The notes under the pieces are model-generated. The model made no database searches. It worked only from the letters and a program-made list of their open reading frames with translations, and was not told the DNA's origin. The position numbers and the translations under genes were made by a program. From NCBI GenBank assembly GCA_963750945.1, contig CAVVSH010000004.1, forward strand, positions 719,004 through 783,003: a DNA stretch of 64,000 nucleotides, in the 5' to 3' direction. Below, piece by piece: positions 20,567 to 29,830 of the stretch (position 1 is the stretch's first letter; each line of letters opens with the position of its first letter). Origin of the DNA: an uncultured Actinomycetota bacterium. GTDB lineage: Bacteria; Actinomycetota; UBA4738; HRBIN12.

Positions 20567-21745
20567 ATGACTCGTAGGCCGTCCGAGCCGATCCTCCACG
20601 TCGACCTCGACGCGTTCTATGCATCGGTCGCGATCCTGAAAGATCCGTCTCTGAAGGGGAAACCGGTGATCGTCGGGGGAACCGGCGCCCGAGGGGTCGT
20701 CACCAGCGCTTCGTACGAGGCTAGGCGATACGGGGTCCACAGCGCGATGCCGTCGGTTCGCGCGCGCCGGCTGTGTCCGGACGGGATCTTCCTTCCCCCG
20801 GACTTCGACGCCTATCGCGTCCACTCGAACCGCTTCCGGGAAGTCCTGCTCGCGCACACCCCGCTCGTGGAGCCGATCTCCATGGACGAGGCGTTCCTCG
20901 ATGTCGGCGGCGCCGTCATCCTGTTCGGCTCGCCGGAAACGATCGCGAAGAGGATCCGTCGTGAGGTCGCCGGGGAGGTCGGCATCACCTGCTCGGTGGG
21001 CATCGCGCCGACCAAGTTCGTGGCGAAGCTCGCCTCGGACGGCTGCAAGCCCGACGGGTTGCTCCACGTGCATGCGGGGGACGTCGCGAGCTTCCTCGAG
21101 CCACTCGCCGTGGGGAGGCTCTGGGGTGTGGGGGAGAAGACCGCAGAGATGTTGGGGCGCTTGGCGATCCGGACGGTGGGCGACCTGGGCAAGACGCCCG
21201 TGACGATCCTAGAACGACTCCTCGGGGAGGCGGCGGCGAGGCATCTCACCGAGCTGGCGAGGGGGATCGACGATCGGCCGGTCGTGGCGTACGAGCGGCC
21301 CAAGTCCATCGGTCACGAAGAGACGTTCGATCGGGATCTGGACGACGAGGACGAGATCCTGCGCGAGCTGCTCGCGCTGTCAAGCCGGGTGGCGGCTCGT
21401 CTGCGGGAGGACGGGTACCGATCGAGGACGGTGACGCTGAAGGTCCGGCTCGCGAACTTCACGACGCTGACGCGTTCGCGGACGCAGGCCGATCCCACCG
21501 ATCTGGGCGCGGATCTCCATCGGATCGTCTCGGAGCTGTACCGAGGTCTGCCGGGGGCCACGCGCAGGGTTCGGCTCCTGGGTGTCCAGGCGGGCGGGCT
21601 GGTCTCGGCAGGTGCTCAGCAACTGGCGCTCCTTCAGTCCGAACGCTGGGACGACGTGGAGCGCACCGTCGACCGCATCGAGCGTCGTTTCGGCCCCGGC
21701 GCGGCGGGTCCCGCGAGCCTGCTCCGCAGAACTCCTCGACGGTAG
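20567..21745 (+). CDS. dinB: DNA polymerase IV
   Basis: ILHVDLDAFYASV, SYEARRYGVHSAM, catalytic SMDEAFLD, KSIGHEETF, clamp-binding-like QLALL. Confidence 0.95.
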   Translation: MTRRPSEPILHVDLDAFYASVAILKDPSLKGKPVIVGGTGARGVVTSASYEARRYGVHSAMPSVRARRLCPDGIFLPPDFDAYRVHSNRFREVLLAHTPLVEPISMDEAFLDVGGAVILFGSPETIAKRIRREVAGEVGITCSVGIAPTKFVAKLASDGCKPDGLLHVHAGDVASFLEPLAVGRLWGVGEKTAEMLGRLAIRTVGDLGKTPVTILERLLGEAAARHLTELARGIDDRPVVAYERPKSIGHEETFDRDLDDEDEILRELLALSSRVAARLREDGYRSRTVTLKVRLANFTTLTRSRTQADPTDLGADLHRIVSELYRGLPGATRRVRLLGVQAGGLVSAGAQQLALLQSERWDDVERTVDRIERRFGPGAAGPASLLRRTPRR

Positions 21746-21814
21746 GTTCCGCTCAGTCCGAACCCCTCTCTATAATCGAGGGAGCAACAGGTCGTTCCAC
21801 GACCGGAGGACGCG

Positions 21815-22174
21815 ATGCCCCTCAACGAGAACGAGCAGAAGATCCTCGAGGAGATCGAGCGGCGCCTCTCCGAAGAGGACCCGAGGCTCGTCGAGCACGT
21901 CAACCGCACCGACCTCCACACCCACGCCTGGCGTCGGATGAAGATGGCGATCGCCGGGTTCGTCTTCGGTCTTTTGCTGCTCCTGCTGGTCGGTATGTCC
22001 GTCTGGATCGCCGCCGCCGGTTTCGTCGTGATGACTTTGTCGGCGTTGCTCGCGTATCGCTACGCCGGCCGTCTCGGGGACGATCGGATGGCCCCGGGCG
22101 CCTTCGGAAGGATCGCCGCGCGCGTCGCGGGACGTCTCCGTCCGCCCGCGCCGGGTCGTCCTACCGACGAGTGA
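21815..22174 (+). CDS. DUF3040 family membrane protein
   Basis: MPLNENEQKILEEIERRLSEEDPRL plus two TM helices; GGAGG RBS; TATAAT at 21771. Confidence 0.85.
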   Translation: MPLNENEQKILEEIERRLSEEDPRLVEHVNRTDLHTHAWRRMKMAIAGFVFGLLLLLLVGMSVWIAAAGFVVMTLSALLAYRYAGRLGDDRMAPGAFGRIAARVAGRLRPPAPGRPTDE

Positions 22175-22395
22175 TCGACGTTCGCGCGCTCGCGCGTGCA
22201 TCCCGCCGGCGCGAACGTCGTGTCGATCACACCGTCTGACCACTGCGCTTGCCACGACTTCACGGATGGGTGTAGAACGTCTTCCTTCCCCTGGGTGCGA
22301 GTTGTCGCCGGAGGGCGGGTCTCCCAGGAGAGCCCGTGACGGCCGCGCCGGATGGTTCGAGTCGTGAGGTGTGGATCGAAAGGGCGCGCGTCCGG

Positions 22396-22896
22396 ATGGA
22401 GGGTTTCACCGCGCATCAAGCGTGCAAGTTCACAGGTTGCTCGGCACGTCAGCTCCGCTACTGGGATGAGATCGGGCTCGTGCAGCCGTCGGTCCAGGGC
22501 ACCGGGGGGCGTCCGGGCGTGCCGCGGTTGTATTCCTTCCGAGACCTGGTCGCGCTTCGCGTCGTGAAGTCGTTGCTGGACGGCGGCATGTCGCTCCAGC
22601 GGGTTCGCCGATCCTGGGAGTTCCTCACGAAGAAGGCCGGGCTCACGAAGCATCTCTCCGAAGTGAAGCTCGTGACCGACGGGCAGTCGATCTTCAAGAT
22701 CTGTCGCCGTGACGGCGAGGTGATGGACGCCCTTCGAGACGGGCAGATGGCGTTCTTCGTGGCGATCGACGACATCGCGACGGGGGTCGAGACCCGGGTT
22801 CGCCAGTTCGAGGAGGACCGGGAGAAGTTCGTCCGGGCGCTGCGGGCCGCGGCGGCGCAGACGGCAACGTCGCAGACCCACGCCGCCGCTCGCTGA
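22396..22896 (+). CDS. MerR-family HTH regulator (Rv1830-like)
   Basis: ARQLRYWDEIGLVQPS, RLYSFRDLVALRVVKSLLDGGMSLQRVRR. Confidence 0.85.
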   Translation: MEGFTAHQACKFTGCSARQLRYWDEIGLVQPSVQGTGGRPGVPRLYSFRDLVALRVVKSLLDGGMSLQRVRRSWEFLTKKAGLTKHLSEVKLVTDGQSIFKICRRDGEVMDALRDGQMAFFVAIDDIATGVETRVRQFEEDREKFVRALRAAAAQTATSQTHAAAR

Positions 22897-22899
22897 GGC

Positions 22900-25140
22900 T
22901 CAGGGGCGTCGATACAGCCCGACCAGCCATCGGGCCGGCCCGACGGCTCGCCTGATCTCCCGGATCGCGGTCTCCGCGGCATCGCCCGCGTCCCTCGCCT
23001 GCTCACCGTCGGGATCGCGAGGGGAGTAGGCGGCCGCCGTCGCCAGCCGCGTCAGCCGGTCCAGATCGCCGTTCGAGAGATAGCCGGTCTCCACCACCTT
23101 GCGCCGGTACTCCTCCAAGGTCTCTCCGGGGCCGCGGCCGAGCCCCAGCCCCGCCGCTCGCTCGGTGAACTGCTCATACGTCACGAGGATCAGCCGCCGG
23201 GGCTCGGTCGCGGCCCCGCGGCGTCGCATCGCGCGCCGGAGGGCACGGGCCGGCGGGACGACGAGGAGGATGATCGCTCCCACGATCGCGGCGATCAGCA
23301 ACGCGGTTCGCGCACTGATCGGCGGGTCGTTCCCGATCGGCGCGGCCGCGGGAAAACCGGTGGGGGGCAGTGGAGGGGCGCTCCCGAGCCTCGGGTCGCC
23401 CTCGATGCGCTCTCGCTGGCTCCCACCGGGCCCCCCGGCAGGCGAGGCCGTCTCGCCACCCGTCTCGCCTCCCGTCTCAGGGCCCGTGTCGACGGGAGGG
23501 TTGTAGCCCACGACCGTCGGGTTCACACGCCTCGGGGTCGGTTCGAACGGCATCCATCCCCAGCCCGGGAAGTAGACCTCCACCCACGCGTGGGCACGGT
23601 CCGTCAGCACCGAGTACTGGCCGGTCGTGCGCGTGAGGTTCCCGGTCGCGAAGCCGACGACCACCCGAGACTGGATGCCGATCGAGCGGAGCATCACCGC
23701 CATCGAGCTCGCGAACTGCTGGCAGAACCCGGCCCTCGACTCCGTCAGGAACTCGAGGATCGAACGGGTTCCCCAACGGAGCTGCGTGTCCATCGTGTAC
23801 CTGAACTCCGACGGGTCCTGGAAGTGCTCCTGGATCGCGAACGCCTTGTCGAAGGCGGAGTCGGCCTCGGCCGTCCATCGCAGCGCGATCTCCCGGATCT
23901 CCTCCGGATAGTCCGGGAGGGCGAGATACCGACCGTTCTCCAGTGGGGCCGAAGAGGTCTCCGCCCTGAGATCCTCTGCGGTCGGCTGGGCGAGCGACGC
24001 TTCGACGGTGTAGCTATCGCCCGCCTCCAGCGGGGCGTCCACCAACGTCGTCCCTGTCGCCGCCACGTACCGAACGGTCCGGCCGGGCACCTCGATCGAC
24101 GTCATGGGATAGGGCGCGGGCACCCAGTGCTGTGCCAGACCGGCCGTCATGTCGATGGTCACCGGATCCGTCGGACCGTCGGGTCGATCGGGCCCCGGCA
24201 CCGGGTCGCCCGCCTCGAGGATCGCTCCCTGCTCGGCGCCCGGCCTCCAGATCACGCCGTCGAAGTCCGGGCTCGCGATCAGCCGGATATACGTCGGTCG
24301 CGAGGCGGTGACGCGGAGCACCTCGACCGGCGTTTTCTGGGTCAGATAGTTCTGCACGGAGACGAGTGGATCGATCGCGACGCGATCCGTCGCGGGCGTG
24401 CCGAAGTCGACGATGGCCTTGGATCCGAAGCCCGGGACGAAGATCGGGGCCAGGACGGCCGCACCCAATGCGGTGACCGCGAGGCGACGTGCCCCCCGGC
24501 TCGCGGAGCGAGCGACCCCGCGCCGAGAAGACGACCAGATCGGACCCCATCCCTGGACCCGTGCCAGGCCATCGGCGAACACCACGAGCAGCGCGGCCGC
24601 CAGGAACGCCACCCCGTAGAGCGGTTTCACGAACTCCTCCAGCACGGTGTCGGCGAACGCCACCAGGGCCACCGGCGGGATGAGCCCGAGGAGCGGACTT
24701 CCGGCGCGGAAGGCCAGCGCATGGGCCGAGAACACCGCGGCCCAGAGCGAGACCACCGCGGCGAGGAGGAGCGGCGCGATCGGCTCCGCCGGCGCCGCCT
24801 GGATCCTCGCCTGCTCGCCGACCACGGCGGCGGCATCGAGCGTCGCGCGGAGCGTATCGGCCGTCGGGATGCCGTACCACGTGGTCTCCGGGAAGACGAT
24901 CAAGCCGATCGCGAGGGCGAGTCCGGCGGCGCTCGCCGCCGTCGAGAGCAACAGGCTGCGCCGTTCGAACGCGACCGCGAGACCGGCAGCAGCGACCGCG
25001 GCTCCCACCAGCTGCAGGCTGCTCGCCGCCCCGAGGAAGACCCGTCCGAAGGCGAGGGCCGTCGTCGCCGCCAACAGGAGCGCGGCGAGGAGCCCGATCA
25101 GACGGTGCGTGCGAGCGGACGTTCCAGCGGCGTGTGCCAT
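22900..25140 (-). CDS. Membrane transglutaminase-like protein (TgpA/DUF3488)
   Basis: N-terminal TMs; GFCQQFASSMAVMLR; HAWVEVYFPGWGWMPFEPTP. Confidence 0.88.
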   Translation of the reverse strand: MAHAAGTSARTHRLIGLLAALLLAATTALAFGRVFLGAASSLQLVGAAVAAAGLAVAFERRSLLLSTAASAAGLALAIGLIVFPETTWYGIPTADTLRATLDAAAVVGEQARIQAAPAEPIAPLLLAAVVSLWAAVFSAHALAFRAGSPLLGLIPPVALVAFADTVLEEFVKPLYGVAFLAAALLVVFADGLARVQGWGPIWSSSRRGVARSASRGARRLAVTALGAAVLAPIFVPGFGSKAIVDFGTPATDRVAIDPLVSVQNYLTQKTPVEVLRVTASRPTYIRLIASPDFDGVIWRPGAEQGAILEAGDPVPGPDRPDGPTDPVTIDMTAGLAQHWVPAPYPMTSIEVPGRTVRYVAATGTTLVDAPLEAGDSYTVEASLAQPTAEDLRAETSSAPLENGRYLALPDYPEEIREIALRWTAEADSAFDKAFAIQEHFQDPSEFRYTMDTQLRWGTRSILEFLTESRAGFCQQFASSMAVMLRSIGIQSRVVVGFATGNLTRTTGQYSVLTDRAHAWVEVYFPGWGWMPFEPTPRRVNPTVVGYNPPVDTGPETGGETGGETASPAGGPGGSQRERIEGDPRLGSAPPLPPTGFPAAAPIGNDPPISARTALLIAAIVGAIILLVVPPARALRRAMRRRGAATEPRRLILVTYEQFTERAAGLGLGRGPGETLEEYRRKVVETGYLSNGDLDRLTRLATAAAYSPRDPDGEQARDAGDAAETAIREIRRAVGPARWLVGLYRRP

Positions 25141-26327
25141 CGCTCCTGCAATCTCATCGAAGGGGGAAGGACGATGACGTCCCACCCCGCGCGGGCGAGG
25201 GACAGACGGGCCTGGCTGGCCCGCCCTTCGAGCTGAGCCTGACGTTCCGGGGGCAGGCGGACGGGGTCGGTCGGGTAGATCAGGACGGCGAGCTTCTGCC
25301 CGAAGCCGGCGCCGGCACGGATGAGCGGGCCGACCTCGGCGGGGACCGGGGGCGCCGACACCAACACGAGCGAGGTGTCGGGCGAAGAACCGGCCCGCAG
25401 GTGCGCGAGCGCCGGTCCCATCGAGCGAGCCTCCGCATGGGAGATCCCCGTCAGCGCGTCCATGAATCGATCCTCCGACAGGGCAGCCGCCGGGAGCTCT
25501 GTCGTCGCCAGACGGAGCACGAAGCCACGATGCGCCAGCAAGACGCCGATCGATGCCGCCGCGGAGACGCCGCGTTCGAACGCAGGCGTGTGGGTTCGGC
25601 CGAGCGCCGCCGACCGCGTGTCGAGGAACACCAGCCCGCTCGCGCGACGCGTCGACTCGTCCTGGCGGATCATCAGCTCGCCGGTCCGCGCGACGGAGGG
25701 CCAGTGGATCCGTCGGAGGTCGTCGCCCTCCTGGTACGCACGCATCGTGTAGTACTCCTGACCCGTTCGGAACAGCTGCCGAGCCCGCGAGGCTCCGAAG
25801 GACGGGCCGGACGCGGGATCCGGCGCCGTGCTGAGGTCTTCGATCTCGGGGGCCACGAGGAGCTCATCTCGTTCGGGGAACTCCAGGCGCAGGCGCGTCA
25901 GCGCGAACGGGTCCGACACGTCCACGACCAGGGGGCCGAGGAGGTAGCGACCGCGCGACTGGGGCATCAGCGTGTAGGTCGCTCGCTCGTGGAACCCGGG
26001 GCGGACCCCACCGATCACGAGCCTCGCCGCCCGCCCCAGCGGCGTGGGGAGACGATCCTCCAGGAGGAGGAACGACGTCGCGAACGGCGACCGGTTCTCC
26101 ACGTCGAGCGTGACCATGACCCGTGAACCAGGCTTGACGCGAACGTCGGACAGGCGCCGCCGCACCAGGATCCGCCGCGCTCCCCGTTTGGCGGCCACGG
26201 CCGCCAGCAAGGGAAGCGCGGCGATGCCGATCGCGATCACCTCGAGGCCGGGGGAACCGAGGAGGCGCGAGGCGAGCCACATCACGAGGCCCGTCACGAA
26301 GACGGTGACGCCGCGCCCCGCGAGCAT
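25098..26327 (-). CDS. DUF58 domain protein
   Basis: RAYQEGDDLRRIHWPSVARTGELMIRQ; lies between moxR and the transglutaminase gene. Confidence 0.9.
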   Translation of the reverse strand: MLAGRGVTVFVTGLVMWLASRLLGSPGLEVIAIGIAALPLLAAVAAKRGARRILVRRRLSDVRVKPGSRVMVTLDVENRSPFATSFLLLEDRLPTPLGRAARLVIGGVRPGFHERATYTLMPQSRGRYLLGPLVVDVSDPFALTRLRLEFPERDELLVAPEIEDLSTAPDPASGPSFGASRARQLFRTGQEYYTMRAYQEGDDLRRIHWPSVARTGELMIRQDESTRRASGLVFLDTRSAALGRTHTPAFERGVSAAASIGVLLAHRGFVLRLATTELPAAALSEDRFMDALTGISHAEARSMGPALAHLRAGSSPDTSLVLVSAPPVPAEVGPLIRAGAGFGQKLAVLIYPTDPVRLPPERQAQLEGRASQARLSLARAGWDVIVLPPSMRLQERWHTPLERPLARTV

Positions 26328-26390
26328 CAGGTGCCCGCGAGCATCATGGACCGACAGGCATGGGACCCACAGGCGTGGGGCTCACGAACA

Positions 26391-27365
26391 TCAGGGGTTC
26401 TCCGCCACGGGCACGTCGACCTCGTCGACGATCTCCTTCACGAGGACGTCGGCCGAGCGCCCGCTCATGATCGCGTCCGCGGTGACGATGATCCGGTGAG
26501 ACAGGGCGGAGGGTGCGAGCGCCTTCACGTCGTCCGGGATCACATAGTCCCGTTCCTCCGCCGCCGCGAGCGCGCGCGCCGCTCGCAGGATCATGATCGA
26601 CGCCCGCGGGCTCGCCCCGAGGTAGACATCGGAGTGACGCCGGGTCGCCTCGACGAGCTCGACGATGTAGCGCCGGATCGCAGGGGCCGCATGGATCTGC
26701 CGGGCCTCTTCGATCATGTCGCGCACGCCGCGTGCGTCGCTCACGGGCCGGATGTCGTCTAACGGAGCGCCGGATGCGTGGCTCGCCAGGATCTCGACCT
26801 CCACCTCGGAGGACGGGTAGCCGATCGCGAGACGCAGCATGAACCGGTCCAGCTGCGCCTCGGGCAGGGGGTAGGTCCCCTCGTGCTCGATCGGGTTCTG
26901 CGTGGCGATGACGATGAAGGGGGTGCCGAGCGTGTGGGTTTCGGTGTCGACCGTGACCTGTCGCTCCTCCATGCACTCGAGAAGGGCGGACTGCGTCTTC
27001 GGCGAGGCTCGGTTGATCTCGTCACCCAGCACGATGTTGGCGAAGATGGCGCCCGGCTTGAACTCGAAGTCACCCGTCTCCTGGCTGAACACGTTGACGC
27101 CGGTCACATCGGTCGGCAGGAGGTCGGGGGTGAACTGGATCCGCCTGAAGGAGCAGTCGATCGACCGGGCGATGGACTTCGCGAGCATGGTCTTGCCGAC
27201 GCCGGGTACGTCCTCGATCAGGAGGTGCCCCTCGGCGATGAGTGCGACGAGCGCCAGCCTGATCTCCCGGTGCTTGCCCCGGACCACGCGTTCGACGTTC
27301 TCCTCGATCTCGCGGAACCGAGCAGCGAACGCCTGCGGATCCGGGAGCTTCTCTCGTACCTCCAT
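26391..27365 (-). CDS. moxR: MoxR family AAA ATPase
   Basis: EDVPGVGKT, RIQFTPDLLPTD, DEINRASPKTQSALLE, GTYPLPEAQLDRF. Confidence 0.93.
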   Translation of the reverse strand: MEVREKLPDPQAFAARFREIEENVERVVRGKHREIRLALVALIAEGHLLIEDVPGVGKTMLAKSIARSIDCSFRRIQFTPDLLPTDVTGVNVFSQETGDFEFKPGAIFANIVLGDEINRASPKTQSALLECMEERQVTVDTETHTLGTPFIVIATQNPIEHEGTYPLPEAQLDRFMLRLAIGYPSSEVEVEILASHASGAPLDDIRPVSDARGVRDMIEEARQIHAAPAIRRYIVELVEATRRHSDVYLGASPRASIMILRAARALAAAEERDYVIPDDVKALAPSALSHRIIVTADAIMSGRSADVLVKEIVDEVDVPVAENP

Positions 27366-27667
27366 CAGATAGACCCCCGAGTTCGGGACTGCGAGCAGGT
27401 GTCCAATAGTACGTCTGTGAGGGGGAGCGGGTTGCCCCGAGGAACAAGACGGACCGGGCGCAGGCAAGTTCCCGACAAGAGCCGCACCGCGGAGGAAGAA
27501 CGGCGGGCCGGCCCGCGAACGGACGCCCCGAGCGGCCCCTATTCGCAGGATGCAGGCATCGCGCGCGGGCCGGCCCGCCTCGATCGGGAAGATTACACCC
27601 TTGTGATTCGCCTGTTCGTATCTTCGCGATACCCTCGCAGCTCCTGCGAGGTCGCTACACTGCGCGC

Positions 27668-28153
27668 ATGGGCCGCGCCCTCGTGCTAAACGCGTCGGAG
27701 TCGCCGCTCGCGGTGGTGGCAGCCAGGCGAGCGGTCGTCATGGTGCTCAAGGAGAAGGCCGACGTCGTGATCAGCAACGGCTTGGTCTTCCACTCGGCCC
27801 ATCTGACGATCGAGGCGCCATCCGTCGTCCGCTTGCGCCGCTACGTGCACGTGCCGTACCGGCCCCATGCCCCCCTCACGCGACGGGCGGTCTTCGCCCG
27901 AGACTCCAGCACGTGCCAGTACTGCGGCGCGACCGCCGAGAACCTCGACCACGTGATCCCTCGCTCCCGGGGCGGGCTCCATTCATGGGAGAACGTCGTT
28001 GCCTCGTGTCGGAAGTGCAACGCACGGAAGGAAGATCGGACCCCGCACGAAGCGGGCTTCTCGTTGCTCCGCCAGCCCTACGCGCCGCGGGACGGGTTCC
28101 ATCTGACCCTCGGCCGGATCGAACCCGGCTGGGAGCTCTACCTGGCTTCCTAG
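27668..28153 (+). CDS. HNH endonuclease
   Basis: CQYCG..DHVIPRSRGG..WENVVASCRKCNARK; TACACT -10 lies 6 nt before the ATG (leaderless). Confidence 0.9.
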   Translation: MGRALVLNASESPLAVVAARRAVVMVLKEKADVVISNGLVFHSAHLTIEAPSVVRLRRYVHVPYRPHAPLTRRAVFARDSSTCQYCGATAENLDHVIPRSRGGLHSWENVVASCRKCNARKEDRTPHEAGFSLLRQPYAPRDGFHLTLGRIEPGWELYLAS

Positions 28154-28201
28154 TCGTCCCCTTCCGGACGGCCGTCGGGCGATTCCTTATTCCGGGTTTT
28201 T

Positions 28202-28297
28202 CCCCTTTTCCGACCACCGGCCCCTATTTCCTCCACTGATGTATTGACGTAGTGGAGTGTTAGTGGCATAAACGTGGGGCTCAGTGGAGGAGAGGGG
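28202..28297. promoter_or_regulatory. dcw promoter region with MraZ-type GTGG repeats
   Basis: GTGG at 28252, 28263, 28274 and 28284 (10-11 bp period); inverted CCAC copies at 28214 and 28233; TTGACG at 28244. Confidence 0.7.
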
Positions 28298-28305
28298 AGG
28301 AAGGC

Positions 28306-28752
28306 GTGGCCGAGCTCCTCGGCACGCATAGCTACTCACTCGACCCGAAAGGCAGGGTGTCGTTGCCCGCGAAGTTCCGCGAGGCGTTCGACGAAGGCCT
28401 CTGGCTGACCATGGGCCAGGACCGGTGCCTGTATTGCTTCCCCAGGGTCGAATGGGAGCGGCGGAGCAGCGAGGTCGACGCCTTCGCCCTCTCCGACAAG
28501 GACGGCCGGGCCTTCTCCCGCCTGTTCTTCTCCTCGGCGGACGAGGTGAAGCTCGACGGGCAGGGACGCGTGACGATCCCGCAGCGCCTCCGAGAGGCGG
28601 TCGGCATCAAGAAGGAGGTCGTGGTCCTCGGCGTGCGCGAGCGCATGGAGATCTGGGACCGCGGGGAGTTCGAGCGATACCGCGATGCCCACGCGGTCGC
28701 ATACGAGAACGGAGACCTCGAGCCCCGGGCGCCGGCAGGTCGCGGCACGTAG
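28306..28752 (+). CDS. mraZ: Division/cell wall cluster transcriptional repressor MraZ
   Basis: LDPKGRVSLPAKFR and LDGQGRVTIPQRLR repeats; MEIWD. Confidence 0.95.
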   Translation: MAELLGTHSYSLDPKGRVSLPAKFREAFDEGLWLTMGQDRCLYCFPRVEWERRSSEVDAFALSDKDGRAFSRLFFSSADEVKLDGQGRVTIPQRLREAVGIKKEVVVLGVRERMEIWDRGEFERYRDAHAVAYENGDLEPRAPAGRGT

Positions 28753-28827
28753 TCGGGAGCCCGTTCGCCGGGGGCACACACGCCCGGGTGAGACGGATCC
28801 CATGGACGGATGAACAGAGGAGGGAAC

Positions 28828-28941
28828 ATGCAGACGAAACTCTCGACGGAGGTTCGACAGAGCCTCTCGCTCCTGGCGATGACGGCGTTGACGCTCCTCG
28901 CGTCGATCGGTCTCGGCGTGCTGGCGGGACAGATCGGGTGA
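28828..28941 (+). CDS. Putative 37-aa single-pass membrane microprotein
   Basis: GGAGG RBS at 28819-28823; ATG 28828; MQTKLSTEVRQSLSLLAMTALTLLASIGLGVLAGQIG; stop 1 nt before the rsmH GTG. Confidence 0.65.
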   Translation: MQTKLSTEVRQSLSLLAMTALTLLASIGLGVLAGQIG

Positions 28942-28942
28942 C

Positions 28943-29830
28943 GTGGCGAACGGCGACGCGCGGCATGAACCGGTCATGGTGGCGGAGGTTGTCGACTTCC
29001 TGGTCGCCGGGCGGTCCGGGACCGAGGGGAGGTTCGCCGACATGACGGTGGGCGGCGGCGGCCATGCCGAGGCGCTCCTCGAGGCCGGCGTGACCACGGT
29101 GCTCGGGTTCGATCGCGATGAGGAGGCCGTACGGATCGCGGACCAGCGTCTGGCCGGCTACGGCGACCGCTTCACCGCTGTGCATCGACGCTTCTCCCAG
29201 GTCGGAGAGGCCGAAGCCACGGGGCCGCTGCAAGGGGTCCTCTTCGACCTGGGAGTCTCGTCGATGCAGCTCGACGAGCCCGCTCGCGGGTTCTCATATC
29301 GCGTCGACGGGCCACTCGACATGCGGATGGGTCCGAGCGGCGTCACCGCGGCGGATCTCGTGAACGATCTTCCGGAGCACGAACTGGCCGATCTGCTGTA
29401 CGAGTTCGGGCAGGAGCATCGGTCGCGCCGCATCGCGCGGGCGATCGTCCGGGCCCGGGACCGAGCTCGCATCGAGACCACCGACCAGCTGGCCGGTGTG
29501 GTCGCGGGCGCTGTGGGACGACGTCCGGGGGGCCCCCACCCCGCGCGTCGTGCGTTCCAAGCGCTCCGTATCGCGGTCAACCGGGAGCTCGAGGAGCTCG
29601 CCGCCTCCCTGCCTCGGGCGGTCGGGCTCCTCGGCCCCGGTGGCCGCGTGGTGGTGCTCTCGTACCACTCCTTGGAGGACGGCATCGTGAAGCGGGCCTT
29701 CCGTGACGACGACCGGCTCCGCGTGCTGACCAAGAAGCCGCTGACTCCTTCCGCGGAGGAGACGGCTCGCAACCCACGGGCTCGCAGCGCGAAGCTACGC
29801 GCGGCCGAGCGCATCGAGGAGGCCGCATGA
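28943..29830 (+). CDS. rsmH: 16S rRNA m4C1402 methyltransferase
   Basis: HEPVM, DMTVGGGGHA, DLGVSSMQLD, SYHSLED, NPRARSAKLR. Confidence 0.96.
   Translation: MANGDARHEPVMVAEVVDFLVAGRSGTEGRFADMTVGGGGHAEALLEAGVTTVLGFDRDEEAVRIADQRLAGYGDRFTAVHRRFSQVGEAEATGPLQGVLFDLGVSSMQLDEPARGFSYRVDGPLDMRMGPSGVTAADLVNDLPEHELADLLYEFGQEHRSRRIARAIVRARDRARIETTDQLAGVVAGAVGRRPGGPHPARRAFQALRIAVNRELEELAASLPRAVGLLGPGGRVVVLSYHSLEDGIVKRAFRDDDRLRVLTKKPLTPSAEETARNPRARSAKLRAAERIEEAA

Noticed and set aside
22900-27365. moxR-DUF58-transglutaminase cluster as a novel system
   Set aside because: Well-known conserved triad near mraZ in actinobacteria.
27430-27470. ACAAGACGG segment resembling part of a guanidine-III riboswitch
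   Set aside because: The rest of the consensus and pairing is missing, and there is no SMR/SugE gene downstream.
27668-28153. HNH gene as an IscB/OMEGA-type RNA-guided nuclease paired with the neighbouring hairpin
   Set aside because: Only 161 aa, with no PLMP or RuvC segments; it resembles the common stand-alone VLNAS-type HNH family.
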